Below, piece by piece: positions 33,061 to 42,868 of a stretch of DNA of 64,000 nt. The stretch comes from Chlamydiales bacterium. GTDB lineage: Bacteria > Chlamydiota > Chlamydiia > Chlamydiales > JAAZZY01. Position 1 is the stretch's first letter. The number at the start of each line of letters is the position of its first letter. The translations under genes and the position numbers were made by a program. The stretch covers positions 128,001 through 192,000 of the forward strand of contig CBDBKM010000013.1 in the NCBI GenBank assembly GCA_965206695.1, read 5' to 3'. The notes below the pieces were generated by a model. It was not told the DNA's origin. It ran no database searches and saw nothing but the letters and a program-made list of their open reading frames with translations.

Positions 33061-33798
33061 TTATTGACGGGCTTTCTGTAGGTAACCAAAACCATATACT
33101 CTTTCCTCAACTTTAGGATCTCCTGAATAAATAATATTAGCCATACCAAAAATTTTTACGTCTAATTGCTCGCTGACATCTACCTCAGCTAATGCTGAAT
33201 TACTAACATTGATTTGAGCTTTTTGAGATATCAGTTCCTTAGCGTGATAAATTCCGGATTCATTTACAACGATCTTTTGGAAATCTGTTACGCCGCTTAT
33301 TGATATTTCACCAGATCCCGAAATAATAGCTGATAAGTTATGGGTATCTATTAAAAAATTTAGTTTCCCGCTTCCGCTAAGACGGATTTTAAGATTTTCG
33401 GCTTGAATACATCCTTCACTTGTTACAGCCCCGGATCCTGACAGGCTTACTTCATCAAGGTGTTTTAGCAAAAGATAAAATTTAATTGGCCTTGAGGATT
33501 TCCCGATATGAGACTTACGCTTGATATGTAACGTTTTCTTGATAACCTCAGTAGATATTTCATTTATAATGTTGTCATCAGCTTCAATTCTCAAAGCTTC
33601 TTCATTTGCTTGCTTAATATAGAGGTGACCTACCCCGGTAAAAAAAACCTTATTGAAGTCCTTTACAGCTCGATGTTCAGTAACAATTTTATCGAAACCG
33701 GATATCTTATTTCCTGGAAAACTCTTCTGCGGAAGTAGTATTATGAATACAATTACCAAAGAAAATATGTTTGGTATTGTTATCATTTTTCTATGCAT
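33061..33798 (-). CDS. DUF2807 / GIN-domain beta-helix protein, exported
   Basis: Signal-like N-terminus, repeated LSGSG motifs, IYSGDP. Confidence 0.85.
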   Translation of the reverse strand: MHRKMITIPNIFSLVIVFIILLPQKSFPGNKISGFDKIVTEHRAVKDFNKVFFTGVGHLYIKQANEEALRIEADDNIINEISTEVIKKTLHIKRKSHIGKSSRPIKFYLLLKHLDEVSLSGSGAVTSEGCIQAENLKIRLSGSGKLNFLIDTHNLSAIISGSGEISISGVTDFQKIVVNESGIYHAKELISQKAQINVSNSALAEVDVSEQLDVKIFGMANIIYSGDPKVEERVYGFGYLQKARQ

Positions 33799-33884
33799 AT
33801 TTTCAACTCAATTTTGTTTTAGAGATAAAAATCATTTAAAAATAACATATACAATTTTATGCTATTGATCAAAAGGGGATTCGC

Positions 33885-34544
33885 ATGAAATATATTGTTT
33901 TTTTGTCTCTAATTATTCGTTTAGTAATAGACATCGACCCTCTTCACTCAAAATCTGAAACTTATTATTACGAAGAAAGTGCCGGTAAGGAATCTAAAAA
34001 AACGATCTCGAAAATTGAGACAGAAAATCAACTGTATCTAATTCAATGCGAAAAGTTACATGGAAATTCATGGATCCAATGCTCTCATTCTTATGATTTC
34101 CAACAGTATGATTTCCTATCTAATGATAAGGAACTCAAGTATACCCTTTTAAAAAAGGGAAATTATTTAAATATCAAAGGCTCATCCCAAGGAAAAGAAT
34201 TTTCTAAAAAATATAAAATCAATTTACCTTGGATACAAGAATTTGCTTTTGGGCTCATACCTTTCGTTAAATCAGATGAGGCTCAATTCAAATTCTATAT
34301 TTTGAATGCTAAAGATTTTAGTCTTCATAAGATGGTTGCTAAAAAAGCAGGACAAGAAATGATTACCCTCAATGACAAAACCTTTTCGGCCCAAAAAATA
34401 AAAGTGACTTTAGATGGATTTAGAAGTATTTTTTGGCATGGTGAAATCTGGTTTGATAGTATCAACCACTATCTTTTAATCTATAAAGCCAATGAAGGAC
34501 CCAATACTCCTACGACTACGATTTCTTTTGTATCACAGAAATAA
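33885..34544 (+). CDS. Exported hypothetical protein
   Basis: AGGGG RBS, hydrophobic N-terminus, 219 aa. Confidence 0.75.
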   Translation: MKYIVFLSLIIRLVIDIDPLHSKSETYYYEESAGKESKKTISKIETENQLYLIQCEKLHGNSWIQCSHSYDFQQYDFLSNDKELKYTLLKKGNYLNIKGSSQGKEFSKKYKINLPWIQEFAFGLIPFVKSDEAQFKFYILNAKDFSLHKMVAKKAGQEMITLNDKTFSAQKIKVTLDGFRSIFWHGEIWFDSINHYLLIYKANEGPNTPTTTISFVSQK

Positions 34545-34622
34545 AAATTTACTTGCCAATTTATCGGAATAAATTATATGAGGTTAACTAAGTAAAGAAA
34601 CATAACATAGATAGAGACCTTT

Positions 34623-35798
34623 ATGTCTTGTTTTATATCCATTACAAGATTTTGTTCTCTTCCGGCTTTAGTCTTATGTTTTTTGACTTCTCCTATCCAA
34701 GCCAAAAGCAAAGAAGCAGAATTAGACATCATGATGGATGTTATGCGTCCTTTTGGATTACCGTTAGTAATCCGTTTTCATAATCTAAGAAATAACATCT
34801 TTTTTAATACGGCATCTCTTGACGCTGATGGATTCGAAGCTGTTGGCAATTTCTTTTTTATGCCGATACGTTATCTCTTTGGAGGTAAAAACGTGACTCA
34901 TTTATATACTGAAGGTGTCAATTGCGAAATAAAGCAAGCTTTTACTTATGAAGATCATCGCTTAGCTAAAACCATTTTAGCTATAATTGTCTTACCTATC
35001 TCTCAAGCTATCGGAACATATTTTAAAGGCCTTGCCTATCTCTTTCCTGAAACAAGACAAAGACATCACTTAATTAACGCAGAAATTAATCGAACGAAAA
35101 TTGCACCTAATCAAACACTCTATGCTAATCTTGGCCTTATGCCCGCTTATTCAAACGAAGTCACACCTTGTCTTCAGCATTCCAGACCTTCTAAAGTAGA
35201 TGGAGACCATGAAATACTGGTACAAGGACTCAAGGATGTTTGCGCTATTTTAGAAAAAAATACAATCATCTATTGGATTGATTATGGCACTTGTTTAGGA
35301 GCTTATCGTTACGGTGGTATGATCCCATGGGATCATGATATCGATATTGCTATCATTGAGCAAGATCATGACAACGTTATTCAAGCTTTGCAGCAATTAG
35401 ACCCTCAAAAATATAAAGCCCAAGATTGGTCCAGCTATAAAAAACCCAAAACCTTGCTTAAAGTGCATATTAAAGAAACGAACGCCTTAATGGACATCTA
35501 TCATTATAGCTTTGATAAGAAAAACCGAACCTTTACCTATAACTATACTTTTGAACATTCCTATCTACCCAAGTCATGGAAAAAGCGAGACCTACTAATG
35601 ATATTTCCGGAACCGGTCGACTGTCTCTTCCCTTTAAAAAGAGCTACTTTTGATGGGATGATCGTATGGGCTCCGAATGACACAGAAACCTTTCTTAAAC
35701 TACGATATGGCGATAACCTCGAACCTAGTATGGTTTTGGATGAAAAAGCCCAAACTTATCGTAAAATTGAAGACCACCCCTATTGGAAACTCGATTAA
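34623..35798 (+). CDS. LicD-family nucleotidyl/phosphocholine transferase
   Basis: YWIDYGTCLGAYRYGGMIPWDHDIDI; FPLK..FDG; L..RYG. Confidence 0.9.
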   Translation: MSCFISITRFCSLPALVLCFLTSPIQAKSKEAELDIMMDVMRPFGLPLVIRFHNLRNNIFFNTASLDADGFEAVGNFFFMPIRYLFGGKNVTHLYTEGVNCEIKQAFTYEDHRLAKTILAIIVLPISQAIGTYFKGLAYLFPETRQRHHLINAEINRTKIAPNQTLYANLGLMPAYSNEVTPCLQHSRPSKVDGDHEILVQGLKDVCAILEKNTIIYWIDYGTCLGAYRYGGMIPWDHDIDIAIIEQDHDNVIQALQQLDPQKYKAQDWSSYKKPKTLLKVHIKETNALMDIYHYSFDKKNRTFTYNYTFEHSYLPKSWKKRDLLMIFPEPVDCLFPLKRATFDGMIVWAPNDTETFLKLRYGDNLEPSMVLDEKAQTYRKIEDHPYWKLD

Positions 35799-35889
35799 AT
35801 TTTAGATTTACATCTTTGAATATTATTTATTGTAAAATAGTCCATAATGAACCATAGTAGTTGTTTGGATATCTAATTAATTATATAAA

Positions 35890-36096
35890 ATGAATAATAT
35901 TAATTTAAAAGAAAAATTAAAAAAGGCTAAATTGATAGCTTCTTTTTTGGGAATAGCATTAGCTGTTGCCGTTCAAGTGGCTATAGGTGTCAACTTTATT
36001 GCCCCGGTCGTTGCTTTCATTGCCGGTGTAGCCTTTGCTCATCTGAATTATAAAGTACGTCATAATCGCATCATGCTTGAAGAAGAAGGCTCTTAA
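35890..36096 (+). CDS. Small membrane protein (2 TM)
   Basis: Hydrophobic hairpin, 68 aa. Confidence 0.55.
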   Translation: MNNINLKEKLKKAKLIASFLGIALAVAVQVAIGVNFIAPVVAFIAGVAFAHLNYKVRHNRIMLEEEGS

Positions 36097-36122
36097 AGGC
36101 GCGCTATCCAAGTTATTTAAAA

Positions 36123-36404
36123 CTAATTAATATCTTTAACCGGCTCCAATTGAGTTAAAAATGTATATTTTTTGTTTTTCTTCTTAGGCTCAATATTACA
36201 AATATGACTCAAGTCATTACATGATAAAACAGCTTCTTTATTTTCTATTTGATAAACTTGCGTATGCTCGGCTTCATGTCGAAAAAAATGAGAAAAACCA
36301 AGTCCAACTGCTAAAAAACATAATATAAGAGCTAATAAAATTTGTTTTATTTTCAAAACAATCCCCTTGTTTACATGAACAATCGCATTATCCATTTTTA
36401 ACAA
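36123..36404 (-). CDS. Small hypothetical membrane/exported protein
   Basis: Single hydrophobic segment; start uncertain. Confidence 0.4.
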   Translation of the reverse strand: MLKMDNAIVHVNKGIVLKIKQILLALILCFLAVGLGFSHFFRHEAEHTQVYQIENKEAVLSCNDLSHICNIEPKKKNKKYTFLTQLEPVKDIN

Positions 36405-36627
36405 ACTAAAATCAACTAAAATAAAGGCCTTGTAATTAAAGTTATATTTAATAGATCAAAATCAACTAAATTTGAAGATTTCCTTATAGCAAAAATTAGG
36501 CCGGTAGTAATATTCTTTCAAGCTGAAGATTATCGTCAGCAATATATAGTTAAATGGCAGTTAAATTTTCTTTGTTTTTTATAACAAAAAATTATAAAAA
36601 AAATAAAGAAATAAGGAGGTCGATAAC

Positions 36628-36846
36628 ATGACTTTTACGACTCGTATTGCTGAATATGGTGAAAAACCTTGGGAGCCTCCTCCGATAGAGGCTTATAAGC
36701 CAACTCAAGTTGAACAATTACGTGATATGGTTCCTAAACCGGAAGCTACCGGTTCTATAGGGTATTATGATGATATCCACCATTTGTTTAAAGATACGTA
36801 TGTTGATATGGCACAAGAGGCTGAAAAAAATGGTAATATCCCTTAA
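36628..36846 (+). CDS. Small hypothetical protein
   Basis: Strong AAGGAGGT RBS before ATG. Confidence 0.65.
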   Translation: MTFTTRIAEYGEKPWEPPPIEAYKPTQVEQLRDMVPKPEATGSIGYYDDIHHLFKDTYVDMAQEAEKNGNIP

Positions 36847-36920
36847 CTGAAAAAGTTACCGGTTTACTCCTCTTTTGCAATTGCTGTCCTTCATTAAGGG
36901 TCAGTAGAAATTTTTTGCTT

Positions 36921-37127
36921 TAACATTGAGATGAAAGCGTCTATTTGCTTTTTTGATTTTGAATATACTCATTCACATTGGAAGCCGGACAGGATTGAGT
37001 TCCGGCACTTGAAATGTATCGTAAAATGTATTACAAGTAACTGTTTACCTTATCATTTTTCAAAGCCTTTTCTTAACCCCTTTTTGGATCCACCCACATA
37101 CAGTTTGGGATTGATAATCAAGATATA
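36921..37127. mobile_element. Fused relics: IS605 left-end/tnpA trace and IS630-D right end
   Basis: 36921-36970 is the reverse complement of 27835-27889; 36964-37120 matches 27211-27330. Confidence 0.65.
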
Positions 37128-37738
37128 TAGTGAATTAAATTTTATTGTTCATTTTATTCATGTAAAATATCCGGATGACATATTCACTTGATTTAAGAAA
37201 ACAAGCTTTAAAATATATTAAAACTGTGGGCACACGAAAAGAGGCAAGTGTCATTTTTTCAGTTACAACCCGCACTTTATCGAATTGGATTTCTCGAGAA
37301 AGACTGCAGATCTTAGCACCTAACAAAAGGTGTTCTAGCCCAACTAAAATTGATAATCATAAACTTAAGCAATATCTTCAAAAATATCCGGATGTCTATC
37401 TTAGAGAAATTGCTCAAGAATTGAGCGTTACGATACCGGCTATTTTTTATGCCTGTAAATGTTTGAAACTAACCTTAAAAAAAAGATCCTGTTCTACAAA
37501 GAAAGAGATGAAAAAAACGACAAGAGTTTCAAGAAACACTAAAAAATATTCCCATGAAAAATCGTGTTTATGTAGATGAGAGCGGGATTAATTCAAGTAT
37601 ACGGAGCCGTTTCAGGAATGCGATATACACGTGAAAGTTTTATCGCAACAAAGAATCAATTCCGAATCTTAGCTCCTTTTTGCTATACGGGAACATGTAA
37701 TACTAAGTTATTTAATCTATGAGTGAAAGATTTTTTTA
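37128..37738 (+). mobile_element. IS630 family C, deleted second copy
   Basis: Highly similar to 25689-26340; internal and 3' deletions. Confidence 0.88.
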
Positions 37739-37796
37739 TAAAGGAATCTCTTCACTATTTAAAAAACTTGTTTTTAATGCTTCCTATTCTTTAATA

Positions 37797-37885
37797 AAAA
37801 AAGTCCTTTAATCATCTGCTCGCCCCTATATTGTTTTGAAACAACTTATCAGAAACCACTAAAAATTTAAATCGCAACAAGTCTA
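37797..37885 (-). repeat. MITE (TAGACTTGTTGCG family), partial
   Basis: Reverse complement of 13147-13235. Confidence 0.8.
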
Positions 37886-38042
37886 TTGATAACTTATTAA
37901 AAGTGTCCGGGGGGCTTCGAATGCTTTGTATGGCATATCTTTTTAGATAATTTTATAGTTTAAAATCCAATTTCAACAAAAACTATATTAATTGATATTA
38001 ATGCGATTTTTGTTTGTTAATAATAATATGAGCGTATAATTA

Positions 38043-39140
38043 ATGGTTAATAAGGAGGGGTTTTTTACTAATTTTTATGGTATAGAAATGGTTTTAAGTT
38101 CTTCAAATATTAACCTTGCAGTACAAGTAGACGAGCTATGGAAATACAGACCTGCTATAGGAGGGTTTCATCCTCTTACCAGGTTTTATACCGGTAGGTA
38201 TGCTAGTTGCGCTCCCTTATATCAATTTAACCGAGATGATCAGGAAATTAAAAAAATTCAGAATACTATTTTTACCGGCAAGCAATGGCTTATAGATATA
38301 CCAACAATAGTAAAAAAATTTAAAGATAATATTTTAACAATAGAACAACAATTAAAAGACCAACAATTGTCTGTCGAAAGAAAACAGGATCTGGTTGATG
38401 AAAAAAGTTTCATTGAAGATCGATTTAAAAAAATAGAAAAATTTAAAGAATCTCAATTGTTAAAAATACATGATCTTCAATTACGACTAGATGGTTTGTT
38501 AGTTAAAAAAGAAGAACGGTTCTATATTCAATTCAAAAAAACAGATTTCAAGAGAATATTTAGAACTTTAGATCAAAAAATTGAAAGCTTTGAAACAAAT
38601 CTTGTTCTATTACATTCCGAACAAATTCAAAAACAGATAGTGACCATGCCATTAAAACCTCGTTCGTATTTTGAAAGGATTTTCAGAAAAAAACAGCCTG
38701 TTCCTCAAGCAAAGCCCCCTAAAACAAACCCGTTGACTGAGAGAAAAATCAAGCAGTTAGAAAGTGATAAAAACGTATTTGAATCTATCAGGAAAAGAGT
38801 TATGAATCTTTGGCTACAGATAGATGACTTAAGTGGTTCATTAAAACTGACTCTTTCTCAGGAAAAAAAGAATGTGTTATTAAAACATTTGGTTTTACCA
38901 AAAGAGTTGCAAGATATAAATTTATCTGATGTGCATGAATACATGTATAAAAGTTCAATAGATCGAATGATTAATGAAAGTGATCCTGAAAGTATAAGAA
39001 AAGCCGGTATTAATTACCTCCGGTACGGCACCGGAAATTCTCACTACGACTCATTGGGAAAACAAGCCGGTACTTATACTCAAAAAGGTATTGATTTGTT
39101 ACAAAAGTATGTTCAGCTTTGTTCCTCATCTAGTGAGTAA
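38043..39140 (+). CDS. Coiled-coil hypothetical protein
   Basis: 365-aa ORF, K/E/Q-rich heptads. Confidence 0.7.
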   Translation: MVNKEGFFTNFYGIEMVLSSSNINLAVQVDELWKYRPAIGGFHPLTRFYTGRYASCAPLYQFNRDDQEIKKIQNTIFTGKQWLIDIPTIVKKFKDNILTIEQQLKDQQLSVERKQDLVDEKSFIEDRFKKIEKFKESQLLKIHDLQLRLDGLLVKKEERFYIQFKKTDFKRIFRTLDQKIESFETNLVLLHSEQIQKQIVTMPLKPRSYFERIFRKKQPVPQAKPPKTNPLTERKIKQLESDKNVFESIRKRVMNLWLQIDDLSGSLKLTLSQEKKNVLLKHLVLPKELQDINLSDVHEYMYKSSIDRMINESDPESIRKAGINYLRYGTGNSHYDSLGKQAGTYTQKGIDLLQKYVQLCSSSSE

Positions 39141-41248
39141 TCCTGTTTAATTGTCATTAAATGAATAAACTCTTTAAAATAGGGTTTGTCATGTATAGGG
39201 ATTAAAAATGGGTCCTGCATAAGCTCTTCGATATTTGGCAGTACATTTTTTATTTCAGCTTGTTTTAAAAAGTATATTGCCTCTTCTCCTTTTTGAGAAA
39301 AAGCGTGAACACAAGCTAGGGTATACCAAGCATCTAAGCTACCTAATGAAATAGCATGTCTTAGCTTAGTCTCTGCTTCAATAATAACTTTTTCAAAAGA
39401 AGCATCCGAAGGCTCTGCCAGTAATTCTGCAAAACTAAGAAGTGTGTAACCCCATTCATTAAAAGCCGTTTCGTTCTCAGGGTCCTCTTTTATAACAAGA
39501 TTAAACTGATTAAACGCTTGGGTATAAAAATCGATATCTGATGTTAACTCTCCTAAGTGGGCATAAACCAAAGCAAGGTTATAACGTACGTGATAATAAC
39601 CGGGCTCTATTTTAAGTACATGATGAAAAATGCTCGCGGCTTTTTCATAAATATGAACTTCACCGGTAAACCCTCCCAGAAAATCAAGAGAGCAAGCATA
39701 ATGAAACAAGCATTCGGGTGATGAATGATTTTCTTGTAATTTTAAAGCCTGTTCAAAATATTCAACAGATTCTTGTACATATTTTTTTTCATCAAAGACT
39801 TCGCCTAATTTCATTAGTAAAATGCCGTAATCATGCCAAATCCCGGAATCATTGGGACGAATGGCTTTTGCTTGTTCAAAATATTTTTTTGCTTCTTTTA
39901 GATGAGATATATCTTGCATTATCAGCCCTAATGAAAAGTAGCTCAGTGCTATATAATGCAACGATTTAACATGTTTCTTATCTAATGATAAAGCGGAATG
40001 AAGTTTTTCAATCGCATGTAGAAAATAATCAACATCTTCAAAATATTTCCCTTGTGCGTATAAAGATAGTCCATAACGATACCATACATCTACATGATCA
40101 GGAACACGATCCAAGGCCTTTAAAGCTTTCTTCTCTGCTTGTCTTAAGAGATCAAGTCTATTGGTATTCATACCCAAAAAAGCTAAAGCCTCTGACCAAA
40201 GACTTAAAATAATCGGGTGTCCGGGGGATGCCACATACGCCTTAGCAAACTTCATAGCACTCATTTGTAAATGTTTTGGCTCATTTTTCCGTTTTCCTGA
40301 TAACAGAAAAAGTTGCCCCCAATTTTGCCAAGTTAAACAATGAGAGGAATGTTTGCATTCTACAGCTTTAGCATAAGCCTCATGAGATTGAGCTAAGTGA
40401 GACTCTTCATTAGTTGCTTTATAAATATGATGAAAGGTCTGAGCCAATACAAACCATCCGTCAAAATAAGAGGAATCTTGATGTACCGATTTATTATAGA
40501 AAATAAGCGCTCGTTGTAAAAAGCGACTATCCTGAATCAGAATACCCATTTCTACCCAAGCATTACCATAATCTCTCCAAAATGAGGGTTCTTGACAACC
40601 CACCCGTGCAGCTTTATCAAATTTTTCCAGGGACACTTTTATATCGACTGCTTCACCTGAGTGTTTGCCCAGGAAGTACCAAGTCAACGCCCAATCCCAT
40701 TGAAATTTTGATAAAGCATAAGGATCATCACCACACAGTCGATAGGCCTTGCCGTATTTTTTATCTGCTTCAAAAAAATATTTAGGATCATGTTTGGCTA
40801 GACCTATATGAGTAAGAATATCGCCCCATATATACCAAGCTTCAAAAAATGAAGACTCAACATTAATAGCCTGGCTGATATGCTTTTCGGCAATTTCTAA
40901 ATATTTGATTTTCCCGTGTTGCAATGAATAATCAAACCAAAAAACCGCTTGATGAAAGAGTAGCTTAGCGCTTAAAGGAGCAATACGTTTCGCTAAATCA
41001 AAAACAGCATAGGCACTACTATTGCCTTTTAGGATTCTTTTTTTTCCTTGGTGGAAAAAAGTTTGAGCTAAGACTTCACGTTCGCTCGCCTTCATTTTGT
41101 CCCAAAAGGGGTGCAAAAGAGTTTCTGAACGATTAATTTGAAGCCTATCCAGTAAACTATTTGCTATGACACGGTAGTTCTTTAGCTTGTCCATATTCCC
41201 GGAAACTATAAGCACCCTTAACGTTTTTATACAAATATTTTCATGCAT
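39113..41248 (-). CDS. Tetratricopeptide-repeat protein
   Basis: Many W..WG..L / A...F..A..I.P TPR units; C-terminal YTLAC; start may be 41194. Confidence 0.88.
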   Translation of the reverse strand: MHENICIKTLRVLIVSGNMDKLKNYRVIANSLLDRLQINRSETLLHPFWDKMKASEREVLAQTFFHQGKKRILKGNSSAYAVFDLAKRIAPLSAKLLFHQAVFWFDYSLQHGKIKYLEIAEKHISQAINVESSFFEAWYIWGDILTHIGLAKHDPKYFFEADKKYGKAYRLCGDDPYALSKFQWDWALTWYFLGKHSGEAVDIKVSLEKFDKAARVGCQEPSFWRDYGNAWVEMGILIQDSRFLQRALIFYNKSVHQDSSYFDGWFVLAQTFHHIYKATNEESHLAQSHEAYAKAVECKHSSHCLTWQNWGQLFLLSGKRKNEPKHLQMSAMKFAKAYVASPGHPIILSLWSEALAFLGMNTNRLDLLRQAEKKALKALDRVPDHVDVWYRYGLSLYAQGKYFEDVDYFLHAIEKLHSALSLDKKHVKSLHYIALSYFSLGLIMQDISHLKEAKKYFEQAKAIRPNDSGIWHDYGILLMKLGEVFDEKKYVQESVEYFEQALKLQENHSSPECLFHYACSLDFLGGFTGEVHIYEKAASIFHHVLKIEPGYYHVRYNLALVYAHLGELTSDIDFYTQAFNQFNLVIKEDPENETAFNEWGYTLLSFAELLAEPSDASFEKVIIEAETKLRHAISLGSLDAWYTLACVHAFSQKGEEAIYFLKQAEIKNVLPNIEELMQDPFLIPIHDKPYFKEFIHLMTIKQDYSLDEEQS

Positions 41249-41389
41249 TTATTTTGCCTAAATAAAACGGCTCTTTATATGCAGATATTTAGGAAAATAG
41301 TTTGTTACTTTATTTTTAGCAAAACAAAAGAAGGATAAGATATTTTTATTCGATACCCTTCTCTATATGGTGTAACTGTTAATCTATAT

Positions 41390-42691
41390 TTATGCTGACA
41401 CTGCTGAAAGAGGCGTTATATCCGTCTCTACTACTACAGTAGGATCAATCGGTTCTTCTGCTCCATTAAAGTGCCTTATCATCATATCATTATAAACCCT
41501 TTCTTCTTCCGTTAGCAGTGCATGGAATTCGCTTAACGATTCTTGAAGGTTATGAAAGGGGCTTAAAGAAAATGGTACACTCTGTTGAATATAGTGAGAA
41601 AGCAAGGAATGATACACTTCTCCCGCATAGGAATTTCCAATTATCACTCCTAACTGAGGTCTTGTAGGATCAAGTAGAAGATGTTTATAATAAACTATTT
41701 TTCTTATCAAGCCTATCACTTCATGTCTCAACTTTTTATCAGCTCCGGCAATATTCCCCTGTTTGGTTAGTTCTCTTATCTCTTCAAGGGATTTATACAT
41801 AGTCTCTTCAAGCATCCTTAATCGCGCTAAAATAGGCATCAAAGCACGTGAAGGATTTGTAGGATTTAATTCTTTTAAAGGTTCTAAGTCGACATGGGCT
41901 CTAAACTCTTCAACACTAAGTTCTGCAGCTTCTGCTAGTGTAGCTTCGTAGTTAGGTTGATCCATTCTAGACAGCTCAGTTACTTTTCGATCAAAAGAAA
42001 TCTCTTCAGGAAGCTCCATGACCTCATTATACAAACGGCTAACCGCATTCATCATAAACATTTGAGGAATTACACTACTTATGAACCGTAAAGGAGTTCC
42101 AAGCATAGTATCAAAAAAACCAATCCCTGTTTTAGCGGTGCCACACCATCCTTCATCAAGAGGAGGTTGTGGTCCGGGAATGAATGCATAACCCCCGGCT
42201 TTATTGGGATAGGCATACCCGGATGACATACCGGAGCTATCTAGATTAATTCGAATTGCACCGCGTTGTTGATCAGCTTTATGCCAAGTGTCTGAACAAC
42301 CGGTAGCCAGTCCCATAAGCAGCATAAAGCCACGACCCACAAGACTGATTGTTTCACCTGTCAGCCAACCAATAACTTGACCTGCTGCGATAGACCCGAT
42401 TGCTAATGCTCCTGCCTTTAGAATTTTCATTTCTAAAGCGGATAGTTCTTTGATATCAGGATTAAGCTGCTTTATAACACGATTTTTCAATGGTATCGGC
42501 TCGGTAGGTGTTGTCGTATTTTCTGTAGCATTTATATTTTCATAATGTGATACAGGGGTAAAAGGACGTATTTCAGCTTCATTGGACGGTTTCTTACTTT
42601 CCTTAAGGTTAAAAACAGGATTATAGAAAGTATAATGAGATGAGATTTCTGCCATTTTAGGCCTCCTAAAAATAAAATAATGAATTAACAA
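41390..42691 (-). CDS. Membrane-associated hypothetical protein (probable start 42655), paralogue of 42869-44407
   Basis: GGAGG RBS before MAEISS; hydrophobic segments; motifs shared with its neighbour. Confidence 0.75.
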   Translation of the reverse strand: MLIHYFIFRRPKMAEISSHYTFYNPVFNLKESKKPSNEAEIRPFTPVSHYENINATENTTTPTEPIPLKNRVIKQLNPDIKELSALEMKILKAGALAIGSIAAGQVIGWLTGETISLVGRGFMLLMGLATGCSDTWHKADQQRGAIRINLDSSGMSSGYAYPNKAGGYAFIPGPQPPLDEGWCGTAKTGIGFFDTMLGTPLRFISSVIPQMFMMNAVSRLYNEVMELPEEISFDRKVTELSRMDQPNYEATLAEAAELSVEEFRAHVDLEPLKELNPTNPSRALMPILARLRMLEETMYKSLEEIRELTKQGNIAGADKKLRHEVIGLIRKIVYYKHLLLDPTRPQLGVIIGNSYAGEVYHSLLSHYIQQSVPFSLSPFHNLQESLSEFHALLTEEERVYNDMMIRHFNGAEEPIDPTVVVETDITPLSAVSA

Positions 42692-42868
42692 ATTTTTAAT
42701 AACAACTTAAAAAATAAAAACACTTTACAATTTACTAAGAAAAAGTAAGTTTATATTACAGAAGTGATTAATAAAAGGAAACCAAAAACCTATTAATTAA
42801 AGTAAGTCTTCAATAGAACGGAAAATTTTAAAATTATTGATATTATTAAATTAAGATAAGAGAAGATT

